Shown: piece after piece, positions 40,325 to 52,132 of the stretch
How positions within the stretch are numbered: position 1 is the stretch's first letter
How the letters are laid out: each line of letters opens with the position of its first letter
Assembly (NCBI GenBank): GCA_964016885.1
Contig: OZ024752.1
Coordinates: 33,108,001 to 33,172,000 of the forward strand
DNA length: 64,000 bases
Reading direction: 5' to 3'
Origin: Eledone cirrhosa
Taxonomy: Eukaryota
Translations under genes and position numbers: made by a program
Notes under the pieces: generated by a model
Seen by the model: the letters and a program-made list of their open reading frames with translations, nothing else
Databases searched by the model: none
Told to the model about the DNA's origin: nothing

Positions 40325-41527
40325 ATGGCTCAATTAAAAATTCCACATCCAACATTCCCAAATGACCCCACATCCGAGCAATGGCGATGGTGGCGGAAGT
40401 GTTTTGTGGATTCCCTACTCATAAACGACATAGTAGAGGACAACCATAAATTGACCTACCTTCGTTCACAAGCTGGGGCCGACCTATTTAGTTTACTCGA
40501 ATCTGCAGAAAACTTCAACGAAGCACTAATCACCCTGGATACTCAATTCTTAGCCCCCAGTTGTATACTCTATGCCAGACATCAACTCCTAACATGCCGC
40601 CAAAAGCAAGAAGAAACCGTCCGAGAGTTTATTAAAAGACTCAACCTTTTATTGGAAAAATGTAACTGTAAAGCCATCACAGCTAAAGACCACAGAGATA
40701 TGTTGATCCTGGATTCACTAGTAGCAGGAGTCCAATCAGACGCTATACGAGCACGTCTCCTAGAGCTGGACGATACTCAAGCAAACCTAAAAGACTGCAT
40801 AGCAATGGCAAATGCAATAGAACTATCCAGTGATTTTACTAAATCATTCAACCTAGACATCTCTCTGAATTCATCAACACTGTCAACTACATCCTCTCAA
40901 GAACCTACCGTAGCAGCTACAAAATCAAAACAACCTCTTCTGAAATACTTGAAAAATGCTAATTCCCAAAGCGAATTTAAATGCTTTTTTTGTGGACTTT
41001 CTAGGCATCCTAGAAATAAATGCCCAGCTAGAAAAGACATATGCTATTCTTGTGGGAAGATCGGCCACTGGCAATCAGTCTGTAAATCTGACTGCCAAAG
41101 CAGTAAGCAAGCAGCCTCACTTATATGTTCATTAAATACCGGCAAACAGTCTAAAGCTATTCTCTGCCCGATAACTATAAAAGACACCACACTAAAGGCC
41201 TTAATCGATCCTAGTTCCACAGATTCATTTATACGTCATAGCATAGCAACTGACTTAAACTTGAGCGTAAAACAAGAAAAACGGGCAATCACACTAGCCG
41301 ACAATAAAATATTAAAGACGACTGGTACTACATCCATACCAATATGTATCTACAGCGAGGAATACTCTGTGAACCTAATCACTGCAAAAAGTCCTGTCGC
41401 AGACGTCATTATCAGAATGGATGTCCTCACCCAGCATAGCTCTATTATTCTCCACCTTGGCGGTGCCTTGGCCTCCCATGAAATTTTCAAATCAACTATG
41501 CTGTACCTTTCCGACAATAGAAGTTAA
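40325..41527 (+). pseudogene. Gypsy gag-protease region
   Basis: Twin zinc knuckles CFFCGLSRHPRNKC and CYSCGKIGHWQSVC; degenerate aspartic protease site ALIDPSS; frame changes before RT. Confidence 0.88.
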
Positions 41528-42723
41528 TCCGCCTCCTGTCTTCCACGATTTAGCCGAGACAAATATCAAGCCAATTGCCACTAAAGGACGTTTCATTAAC
41601 AAGAGAGACGACAATTTTATTAAGTCCGAAATAGCTCGCCTCCTAGAAGCCGGTATCATTGAGGAATCAATTTCACCTTGGCGAGCTCAGTGCTTCATAG
41701 TACACGGAAAGAAACCTCGACTCTTGGTAGACTACTCCCAGACAATTAATAAGTATACACAATTGGATGCCTATCCATCCCTCGACATTGAGGATGTTGT
41801 TAACAAAGTGGCACAGGATAAATATTTTTCAGAATTCGACCTCAAATCAGCATATCACCAAGTACCTTTAAGAAAAATCGACAAACCTCTAGCGGCATTT
41901 CAGGCTAATCACAAACTCTACCAATTCTGCCGCTTACCCTTCGGCGTGACTAACGCTGTACCTGTTTTTCAGAGAATTATGGATCAAGTTATAGAGAAAT
42001 ATAACTTACTCAAAACCTATGGCTATATTGACAACGTCATAGTCACGGGAAATACCAAAGCTGAACATGATAGAAATGTGGAAGCATTCTTAAACGCCGT
42101 GAAGACAGAAAACCTAACTCTTAACTCGGATAAGAGTAAAATCTGCCAAACGAGTATATCTATACTAGGTTATAACATTCAGAACGGAGTAAAGAAACCC
42201 GATAAGGAACGCATCGAAACCCTACTAGACTACCCAATCCCAACAAACAAACAACAACTGAAACGATTCCTTGGATTCCTAGCCTATAATGCTAGGTGGA
42301 TTGCCGATTACTCGAAGAAAATCCAACCACTATTACAAGCTGACTCGTTCCCGCTGAATAAAGTAGCTACAGATGTAATACAAGCCATGAAAGCAGATAT
42401 CTCTAATGCCGCTCTTAGCATTCCTCTTAAAACTGGCCACGCATTGGTAATAGAAACAGATGCGTCTGGCGATGCAATCGGAGCTATACTTTCTCAGAAC
42501 GAACGGCCCGTGGCCTTCCTGTCGAGAACACTTACACCGTCCGAGAAAAGACAATCAACTGTGGAGCGAGAAGCTATGGCTATTATTGAAGCTGTACGGA
42601 GATGGTCGCAATACGTGAAGTGTTTTCATACGATTATACGGACTGACCAAAAATCAGTAGCCTTCATTTTCTCGAGTAATAAATCACGAATCAAAAATGA
42701 TAAAATATCTCGCATCAATTTGA
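41421..42723 (+). pseudogene. Gypsy reverse transcriptase and RNase H
   Basis: SPW, DLKSAYHQV, LPFGVTNA, YIDN, ETDASG and EREAMAI motifs; frameshift near 42712-42735. Confidence 0.92.
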
Positions 42724-42724
42724 G

Positions 42725-43924
42725 CATCAATTTGACATTGACTTCAAACCCGGCTACCTCAACACCCAAGCCAATTGTCTTTCAAGAATCGCTGCAGCTA
42801 TATCGCCACCCTGTGATTTAAAAGTACTCCACGACCAACTAGCACACCCAGGAGTAACTAGATTTTACGATTATATCCGACGCCATAACCTGCCCTTTTC
42901 CATAGACGAAATCCGCGACGTCGTCAAAAACTGCGTATCATGTTTGGAGTGCAAGCCAAAATTCTTCAAGCCTCCATCTGCTAAACTCATTAAGTCAACA
43001 AGGCCGTTCGAACGTCTGTCAATCGATATCGTTGGACCAAAACCAAAATCTTCAAAAGCAGGAAACATATACTTATTGACTGCAGTAGACGAATTCAGCA
43101 GATTCCCTTTTGCTTTCGGTATGCGTGACATCACCTCAAACACTGTCATTAACTGTCTCAAACAAATCTTCTCAATATTCGGAGCTCCCTCATTCATACA
43201 CTCCGATCGAGGAACTCAGTTTCTCTCCAAAGAATTCGATCATTTCTGCTTGTCCAATGGTATATCCCACACGCGCACTTCGCCGTACCATCCACAAGGA
43301 AATGGCCAAAACGAGCGCTACAACGGAGTCCTCTGGAAAGGAATTCAATGCATAATTAACTCGCGCAAACTTAAAGAAACTAAGTGGGAAGATATCATAC
43401 CAGAAGTTCTTGCCTCGCAACGATCACTTCTCTGTACAGCGACTAATGAGACACCCCATAACCGCATATTTAGATTCGATCAAAAGGGTTCCTTAGGATT
43501 TTCCCTACCAGATTGGCTTAGAGTTGGAAACGACGCCTATATTAGAAACTTTATTCGTACAAAGAACGACCCATTAGTGAATAAAGTTATTATCGAACAG
43601 ATGGTGAATGCTAATTTCGCGGTTGTCAGATATCAAAATGGAAGATCTAGTACAGTCTCAGCAGCAGACCTCTCCCCTGGCCCAATTAATTGTCAAAATA
43701 ATGACAATCAATCCATCCAAGAAAACAGTTCGATTAGCAGTCCTGCTGATATGCCGAGACCACTTAACATCGACCACAGTAACGACCTACTCTTAGATGA
43801 AACCGTGATTGATTTAAATCCCATGGCAAATAGCACTAGCATCCTATCGCAAGTTCCTGTTGACCCCGTGAGACGAAGCAATCGTATATGTATAGCCCCC
43901 AAGCGCTATATTGAAGTACAATAA
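42725..43924 (+). pseudogene. Gypsy RNase H end and integrase
   Basis: HHCC region (LHDQLAHPG..CVSCLEC) and DDE core (SIDIVGP, HSDRGTQF, GQNER). Confidence 0.92.
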
Positions 43925-43937
43925 AATCGGCGAAGAA

Positions 43938-44108
43938 TGTTATGAAGTTCATCTATCCTCAATATAACTTTGTTTTATTGCATATCTTTCTTTTCTTACA
44001 AATATTATTGTTATATTTCTTCAAGACTAATTACTGTTTTTATATTCTAGATATTGAATAAAAGCTTGGAATTGGAGCTTTAGTTTTGCAATATTAGAAC
44101 GCACAACA
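43938..44108 (+). repeat. 3' LTR (171 bp)
   Basis: Appears identical to the 5' LTR; preceded by purine-rich AAAATCGGCGAAGAA (putative PPT). Confidence 0.95.
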
Positions 44109-45167
44109 ACATCATATACCAGGTTACAAACATGATCAGAAAATTCTATATATGATAATATATATATATATATATTATGGTTAAATGACATCATAAGGTG
44201 TAGGAGGCTCGCATTAACCAGATGTGTGAAATGAGGAAACATGATGTGTGCAGACGAGTTAGGAGAACAACCATCGTACTGAAGGATGTTCTTGAAGATG
44301 GCACCAGGCTAGAGGCAGGGGAATGCAAATGGCAATGCTGAACAGGGTGAGCTGGAGGAGAAACTTTATCAAGGCACCGGTGATAGATGTATAGAAGAAG
44401 AAGATGGCTAAGTTATGAGTCTTGTTACACCTGTGTAACTCCAGGGAAACAAGACTCACCACTTGGCCACAATAAAAAATATTTGGACTGACTGCTTTAC
44501 AATGAAACAGTATAAATATATAATAAATGACTAAGTTAACTATACTAGCATAAATATAACACACCTAGAAGATCAATACAAAGTTTGTAGATAAAATGTG
44601 GACACAGCCTGAGGCTGTGCATTTACATTACTCTATATTTACTGTTGTATTTTCATGGTAAAGGTTTTACCTCACATAATATCTAACATAATATCGAATC
44701 TATGAGATTTTGATATTATTTATTTTGAGAACAATACTTTCACATCACTATGGGTGGCCAGTTATGGCCGGTTTGAACAAAAAGAGGTGAGAGAATTCTG
44801 GCTGGATACGGCTGGTTTAAATGCTAAAGGGTTAATATCATAACACATTCTTAAATATGGAAAAATCTTCAATAAAGTCAACACTGTTAAACAGAGTAAA
44901 AACATACTGTTTCTTTTTTGCTTATTTGGCCTCCTGATGGCCTTTCCTATTTGATCTTTATATTTTATTAATTTTACCTTATTTTATTTTATCTTATTTT
45001 ATCTTATTTTATTTTTATTTTTTTTATTTTATTTATATATTCACTTGTCTGTGTATATCTTGCCTGTTTTTTTTTATTCTCAACTAGATGAAGTACTAGA
45101 TACTTCGCCTAGTTTGTCATGGCTTACTAGCTCTATGCGGACGTTTAAATTGATTTTTATTACATAC

Positions 45168-45346
45168 CAAACATATCCGAAACGTCACTCGCTGATTCAC
45201 TCCATTTTGTACTGCGTCGATATGACGAACTCTCCGATAATTCTTTGTCTTCTTCTTCACTTTCAACACAAAGAATAGGATTGGCACTATCTTCGCTCTG
45301 TTCTTTCTGAAGCTGGAAACATTTCTCGCAAGCTCTCATTTTCTTA
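45168..45346 (-). CDS. FYCO1: FYCO1-like exon, FYVE C-terminus and acidic linker (KKMRACEKCFQLQKE...SDVSDMF)
   Basis: RAC..C motif supplies the last two FYVE cysteines; 179 nt, phase 2-1, ACAG acceptor and GTATGT donor. Confidence 0.9.
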
Positions 45347-47444
45347 CTGTAAATAAAATAAAATATAATATCATTCTACTATACAATTCAATTTATTATT
45401 ATCAAAGGGCGGGGTATTGTCAGTATCGGTAGAGCGTCAGACACCATGCTTTACAGCATAGAGTTATGGCCCTTTGCGTTCTGAGTTCAAATCCCGCCGA
45501 GGTTAATTTTGCCTTTCATCCTTACGGGGGGGTCGATAAAATAAAGTACCAGTAACGTACTGGGGTCGATTTAATCGACTTTCCCCTCCCACCAAATTAC
45601 TGGCCTTGTGCCTATACTAGAAATCATTATTCCATACAAATAATGCAAGAAAAGAGTCTTTGGAGCAACGTTACTCAGTAGAGTGCGTAGCTCGGAGATC
45701 AGAGAGTAACTTCAGGTAGAGCCAATACTTCTCCGAATTGAGAGATCACAGCTCCGATACTATGGGGCATGTGGTCAGAATGTCTCAGGAAAGAATCACT
45801 GGACAGATTTTACAGCAAAACCAACTAGCAGGAGACCCAGCAAGATGGTTGGATAACATCTATGAGTTCATCTGGTCCTGCTTGGGGATCCAGCTGGATA
45901 AGTTGGAGATGGTTGCTTCTGACAGGACCTACTGGAAGGAGTTTGAAGAATCTGTCCCCCTGACCACCACCACCACCATCCTCTCAGGAATAAGTGAGAG
46001 TAGAACAACAACAAAAAGTAGACTGCAGCCTTATATTGCAGAAACAATAACAATAGCAAAATACAATACATAATTTCAAAGCAAAACTGAATATAGTATT
46101 TATATATAGTAACTAGAACACAATAGTTATATTACAGTAATTATGATACACTAATTAAATACAATAATTAAATAGGGTAATTATGATATAATAATCAAAT
46201 ATAATAATCAAATACAATAATCTATATACACAATAGAATAATTATTTACTGTAATTATATTTACAATATAATACAATAATGATAATACAGTATTTATAAT
46301 AAAATAATTAAATACAGGCATATGTGTCTGACATCTTGAACAAAGTAGTATTTTGTGTGGAATTTGGTAGATTGAAACTGTAGAAGCCCATCATTTATAT
46401 ATATATATCTATATATATATATCATCATCATCATCGTTTAACGTCTATCTTCCATGCTAGCATGGGTTAGTCGGGAATTGTCCCGTTTGAGGCAAGATTG
46501 ATCGGGTGACCGTGTCTGCACTCGTATAGGACTATCTGGCAGGTTTTCTACGGCTGGATGCCCTTCCTAACACCAACCACATTTAGAGTGTAGACTGGGA
46601 GCCTTTTTACCGTGTTACCTACACAACCACTTTACAGCGCGGACAGTGTGTTTTTTTGTGGTGACACCTACACAACCTCTTTAGTTTGGACTCGATGTTG
46701 TGGTACCAACATAACTGGTGGGAGTGGGAGGATGGAGTTGGGGTAGTGAGTGTATATATATATATATATATGAATGTATAAATAATTATTTAAAACATCA
46801 CATTCCAGAAGAGTAGGAATAACCTTTACTACTCTTCTGTGACCATTATATCACGTGTTAATTTCCCCCTCCACCTCTTGAGAGTTTCTCACTTGTTACG
46901 AATATGCCAAGAAACAGTCCACTAACTCAGGGGTCTTTTCATAAGCCTTATTAACCTCACAGCGATGGTGCACTGCAGTTGGGACTTTGAAGAAAAAATA
47001 AGTATATTTTTGTCTATTCATACATTTCATTTTACGTCCGCTTTTCCCTGCTTGCAAGGGTGGGACAGGAACTGATTCTGGCTTGATTTCTACAGCTGGA
47101 TCCCCTTCCTAACACCAACCTCATTTACAGTGAGTGCTGGGTGCTTTTTTGCCGTGGCACCTCCACGTCCACTTTGTAGTGGAATGATATGGACCCCAGT
47201 CCCTATCATCTCATTTCTACAGCTGAGTAAACTGGAGCAATGTGAAATAAAGTGCCTTGCCCAAGGAAACAACACATCACCCGGTCTGAGAATTGAACTC
47301 ACAACCTTTCGATTGCAAGGCCAATGCTCTAACCACTAATTTAGAATTTGATATATATATATTTATAAGTTTATCCTGGGTTCAATCAAAGGTAACCACA
47401 GTAAGTAAGGTACTCAATACATAGCAGAGTATTACTTGGACAGT

Positions 47445-47497
47445 TGGCTTCCTGATGATTTCTCCCGAATGAAACAGTTCTAGTCCTGAAGAAGCCA
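47445..47497 (+). ncRNA. Hammerhead family 1 copy with mutated cleavage triplet
   Basis: Stem I TGGCTTC/GAAGCCA, CTGATGA and GAAA intact, GTA changed to GAA. Confidence 0.6.
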
Positions 47498-47503
47498 TTT
47501 CTA

Positions 47504-47941
47504 TCATCATCATCATCATAATTTTATGTCCGCTGTTCCCTGCTTGCAAGGGTGGGACGGGTCTTATTCAGCACAGCATCTCTCCACTTGTCACGGTCCT
47601 TCGTCATCTCCACCGTGAGCTTCAGCGATCTGAGGTCTGTTCTCACCACCTCCGCCCATGTTTTCCGTGGTCTACCTCTACCACGTCTTCCTTCAACTGG
47701 CATTTCCTGGCACTTCTTTACCCATCAGTCATCCTCCATGCGCATCACATGTCCATACCACCTCAGTCTCCTCTCCCGTACACTACATTCTATCCCTCTC
47801 AGACACAGTTTCTCTCTCAACGCATTCATGCTGGGTCGTTCACGCACATTGACACTGCACATCCAACGGAGCATGCTTGCCTCATTTCTCTCCAGCCGTC
47901 GCATATCCTCTGCAGTTGCTGCCCATGTCTCACTACCATAT
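47504..47941 (-). mobile_element. RTE LINE 3' fragment
   Basis: YGSETWA..RRLRWYGHVMRM on minus, (CAT)n tail at the left end. Confidence 0.85.
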
Positions 47942-48779
47942 ATATTAAATATACATATATATATATATATATATGAGGTATATTTTTCGTGTTTGGAGAC
48001 ATTCGGTTGGTAAAAAACTATCTTTTTTGTATTATTTAATGATTCTGAAGAATTCAATAGAGAGGAATGAAATGCTACTTCCTTCTGTATTTGAAAGAAA
48101 CATTCGTAAATCTATTAAATCATCACCATCATCGTTAATGTAATTAAACCCTAGTTATTTTTATTCTTTTATATAAATACAACGCCACTTATAAGTTTCA
48201 GAAAATTAACCAATATATATATACACATCATCATCATCACCGATTTTACGTCTGTTCTTCCATGCTAGCATGGGTTAGACGGGTTGTCCTGTTGTGGGCA
48301 GTGTCCAGTCGGTTTACCTTGTCTTGCTCATACGGGAACTGATTCTGGCTTGATTTCTAAAGCTGGATGCCCTTCCTAACACCAACCTTATTTACAGTGA
48401 GTCGTGGAGTGAGTGCTGGGTGCTTTTTTTTCCGTGGCACCTACACGTCCACTTTACAATGTGGGCTGGGTGATTTTTTGCCATGGCACCTCCACGACCA
48501 CTTTGCAGTGGAATGATAGGGACCCCAGTCCCTATCATCTCATTTCTACAGCTGAGTAAACTGGAGCAATTTGAAATAAAGTGTCTTGCTCAACAGTCGC
48601 CAGTCGGAGAATTGAACTCACAACCTTTTGATTGCAAGCCCCAATGCTCTAACCACTAAGCCATGCGCCTTCACATATATATATATATATGAAAAGATTC
48701 AGGACCCTGACGGCTGAGCTCCAGCCATTTCGACAGCTAGATCCAAACGATATATATATATATACATATATACATATAT

Positions 48780-49090
48780 GGAGGCACATGGCTTAGTGGT
48801 TAGAGCATTGGCCTTGCAATCGAAAGGTTGTGAGTTCAATTCTCAGACCGGGTGATGTGTTGTTTCCTTGAGCAAGACACTTTACTGGGGTCCCTATCAT
48901 TCCACTGCGAAGTGGTCGTGGAGGTGCCACGGCAAAAAAGCAAAAAAGCACCCAACACTCACTCACTGTAAATGAGGTTGGTGTTAGGAAGGGCTGGATA
49001 GCTGTAGAAATCAAGCCAGAATCAGTTCCCGTCCCACCCTTGGAAGCTGCGAAAAAGCGGACGTAAAATGAAATGATGATGATGATGATG
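48780..49090 (+). mobile_element. SINE family B (tRNA-derived head, RTE-derived tail). Other copies near 16280, 19083, 19436, 32114, 46423, 47028, 48227, 53556, 55034, 57316, 60776
   Basis: Head GGAGGCACATGGCTTAGTGGTTAGAGCA..GAGTTCAATTC, central TCCTTGAGCAAGACAC, 3' part matching the RTE 3' UTR at 38575-38840, (ATG)n tail. Confidence 0.88.
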
Positions 49091-49564
49091 ATACACATCA
49101 TTATCATCATCATCGTCATCATAAACTTTTTGTCATATTAAATTTAGGTTTAATCGATACATATAAGATATATATCGATTATGTTTCTCAATAGAGAGCA
49201 TATATGTTGTTTAAACGATATATTTGCTCGTTTTCCCTAACTGGTCTATGTAGACGAGTGATTGGAATTTTCTATGGAAAGGAGTGATTGGAATTTTCTT
49301 CCCTAACTGGTCTACATAGATCAGTTAGGGAAGAAAATTCCAATCACTCGTTTCCTTTTGTTTTGTCTTGGACTGTTTCAGTTTCACATTTGAAAAGAGG
49401 GTATTAGCTCTGAAATATCATTCTAAAATACACTGGGTAAAACATTACTTTGTTTTTTGTTTTGTTTCATTTGTCATCATTTGCCCTTCGTATTTTTATA
49501 CCACCTTGTACTGGATTTTAAGAAAAGATTATTGGTCTTTTACTAATTAAAAGATATTTCTTAC

Positions 49565-49638
49565 CTGCTGTGTGCTGTCATGATTTGGCGAGTAGTACAA
49601 CTGTGACAATAAATTCCTCCACACAGTCGACAATGGTG
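49565..49638 (-). CDS. FYCO1: FYCO1-like exon, FYVE core (HHCRLCGGIYCHSCTTRQIMTAHSS)
   Basis: Completes the RKHHCR motif across the splice junction; 74 nt, phase 0-2, canonical sites. Confidence 0.93.
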
Positions 49639-50493
49639 CTAAACAATAGAAAAGATAGAGTTTTATTATTCACTATATAATTGATGGATTGGCAGTAATC
49701 GGTAGTGTCGGAGAACATAGTTTGCAGCATAGAGTTATGGCCCTTTATGTTCTAAGTACAAATCCTGCTGAGGTTAACTTTGCCTTTCATCCTTACAAGA
49801 TCAACGAAAGTACCAGTAATACACTGGGGTCGATTTAATCAACTTTCCCCTCCCCCAAAATTGTTGGCCTTGTGCCTAAATCAGAAACCATTATTTAATT
49901 AATATATAGGGGTATAAGATGGGGCTCTACCAGGCTTAAAATGGCCAAGAAATATGATGTCACTACGACACCCCTACAACTCCACCAGGAGTTACGGGTT
50001 TATACATACAATAACAATAGTCTGTATCTCTCTAATAAAGTCAATTATCCTTATACATGCATGCATAGTCCCCTAACTCCTGAGAGAGTTGTATGGGCAG
50101 CATATTGACATACAGCATTTCTGGGGCACTTTTAAATCTGGCAGAGCCCATCTTTTCTCCGGGTCTGAATACAGCAGATTTCTCCCAGAGAGAGGATAAA
50201 GAATGAGAGAATGGAAGTGAGAAAGTGATATAGAGGAAGAATTGACCCCAGTACTTCACTGGTACTTTTTTATCGATCTTGATGGATGAAAGGCAAAGTT
50301 GACCTCAGCAGGATTTGAGAGCAGAGAGCTGAAACCAATACTGCAAAGCATTCTATCTGACATTCTAACGACTTTGCCAATTTGTCACCTTAATTGTCCT
50401 TAAAACAACTCTTTATTATAAAACATCTCCAAAACAGAAATACATTTTCAAAACTGGTAAAAAGTAAATATAGAAGAACAGTTGAAAACTTAC

Positions 50494-50632
50494 TTTCCGT
50501 AAAGTAAATGAAAATACAGCATTACACCCAAGACAGTTGCTAACTTCATTATTTTCCATCCATTTCTTATTTACTTCTAATCTCCGATGATAAGCAAGTT
50601 TATCAGTTTGTTTCCACAGATGATCTTTCTCT
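50494..50632 (-). CDS. FYCO1: FYCO1-like exon, end of coiled coil and start of FYVE (EKDHLWKQTDKL...WMENNEVSNCLGCNAVFSFTLRK)
   Basis: TTTTTCAG acceptor, GTAAGT donor, 139 nt, phase 2-0; KDxLWxxxDxL segment as recalled for FYCO1, followed by the FYVE Wxx(D/N)..CxxC. Confidence 0.92.
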
Positions 50633-51135
50633 CTGAAAAACAACAAATGAAATAAACTGTTTTAACAGTCAGCAAAACCTGCCTTACAAGTAACATTTAT
50701 GAAATTCATAGAAAAATAAGAAAACTCATCGCTAGAACAACTTTTAAAACAACCAGATGCTGTCAGTGACTGCAATGGGCAAAAATGTCTCAGAAGACAG
50801 AGACCAGCGGCCAGCAGTCAACAGAAAGACAATCCATGAGGTGGGTGACAAGCAGATGATAGAATTTTTTTTAAATGTAATTTTTAAAAAATTATATAAT
50901 TTTTTTAAATGCTATAATTTTTTAAATGATGTAATTTTTAAGAATTGATATTTTTTTAAATGATATAATTTTTTTTAAAAAATGATATATCATTTATGAA
51001 ATGATATAATTTTTAAAAGGTGATGTAATATTTTAAATGCTATAATTTTTTAAATGATGTAATTTTTAAAAAATGATATTTTTTTAAATGATATAATTTT
51101 TAAAAAATGATATAATTTTCAAAAAACAACTTTAC

Positions 51136-51242
51136 CGTGTTAATTTAATAACTCTTCTTTTTAAATCCTTCAAGTCCATTTGTAAAATTACTATTTCTTG
51201 GTCTTTTTGTTTTATAAGGTTTATATTCTGAATATGTTCGGC
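51136..51242 (-). CDS. FYCO1: FYCO1-like exon, coiled coil (AEHIQNINLIKQKDQEIVILQMDLKDLKRRVIKLTR)
   Basis: Polypyrimidine-AG acceptor, GTAAAG donor, 107 nt, phase 0-2, matches the next exon. Confidence 0.85.
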
Positions 51243-51918
51243 CTAAAAAGAAAGAAGAAAAAATATATATAAGTTTAAATTAAATATGTATGTGTGTTTA
51301 TCTGTATGTCTGTGTGTATGTGTGTGTGTGCGTGTGTGTGTTGGGGGGGGGGGTATGTGTACATGTGTGTGTTTGTGTGTGTTTGGGAGGGGGGGTCTGT
51401 GTACATGTGTGTGTGTGTATGTGTACATATGTGTGCATGTGCATGTGTGTGTATGTGTGTGTAGTGACAGAAAGAAAATAGATATATAAGTTTGAATTAA
51501 TATGTCTGTCTGTCTGTCTGTCTGTCTGTGTGTGTGTCTGTGTGTGTGTGTGTATGTAATGACAGAAAGAAGAAAATAGATATATAAGCTTAAATTAATA
51601 TGTCTGTCTGTCTTTATGTCTATCTATGTGGGTGTGTCTGTGTGAGTATGTGTGGGTGTATCTATCTGTCTGACTGACTGATCGTATGTGTGTGTATGTG
51701 TATCTGTGTACGTGTGTGTGTGTGTGTGTAGTGACAGAAAGAAGGAAATAGATATATAAGGAAGAATCAACCCCAGTACCAGAACAATATAGGAAAACAA
51801 TATAGGAAAACAATATAGGAAATAGTTGGTTTTTAATAAAACAAGGTCCTATTTTTTTGCCCCCAAAGGACTCTGACCAAAACGTTGGTAGTTATGTATC
51901 ACTATTTCATAACTTATT

Positions 51919-52132
51919 TAACCTTTTAACATTTACATTACTCTATATATATACTATTGTATTTTCATGGTAAAAGCTTTATCTCACATAGTATCGTATC
52001 TATGAGATACTGATATTTATTTTGAGAACAATACCTTAACATCAATATGAGTGACCAGCTACGGCCAGTTTGAACAGAAAGAGGTGAGAGAATTCTGGTC
52101 AGATACAGCTGGTTTAAATGCTAAAGGGTTTA
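51919..52132. mobile_element. piggyBac-like MITE; partial copies near 27480-27620, 39115-39283 and 44620-44835
   Basis: Termini TTAACCTTTTAACATTTA and TAAATGCTAAAGGGTT(T)AA, TTAA context. Confidence 0.55.

Larger units (their letters stand above)
40042..44108 (+). mobile_element. Full-length Ty3/Gypsy LTR retrotransposon (Mag-like gag) in a FYCO1 intron, antisense to the host gene
   Basis: TG..CA LTRs at 40042-40212 and 43938-44108; 5-bp target duplication ACATC (40037-40041, 44109-44113); domain order gag-PR-RT-RNaseH-IN. Confidence 0.97.

Noticed and set aside
41421-41527. Programmed gag-pol frameshift
   Set aside because: The shift falls after the protease rather than between gag and protease, so a mutation is more likely
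48780-48852. tRNA gene candidates in SINE heads
   Set aside because: No complete cloverleaf; they run directly into SINE bodies
49235-49355. Inverted repeat resembling the ribozyme elements
   Set aside because: No CUGANGA/GAAA core could be assembled on either strand
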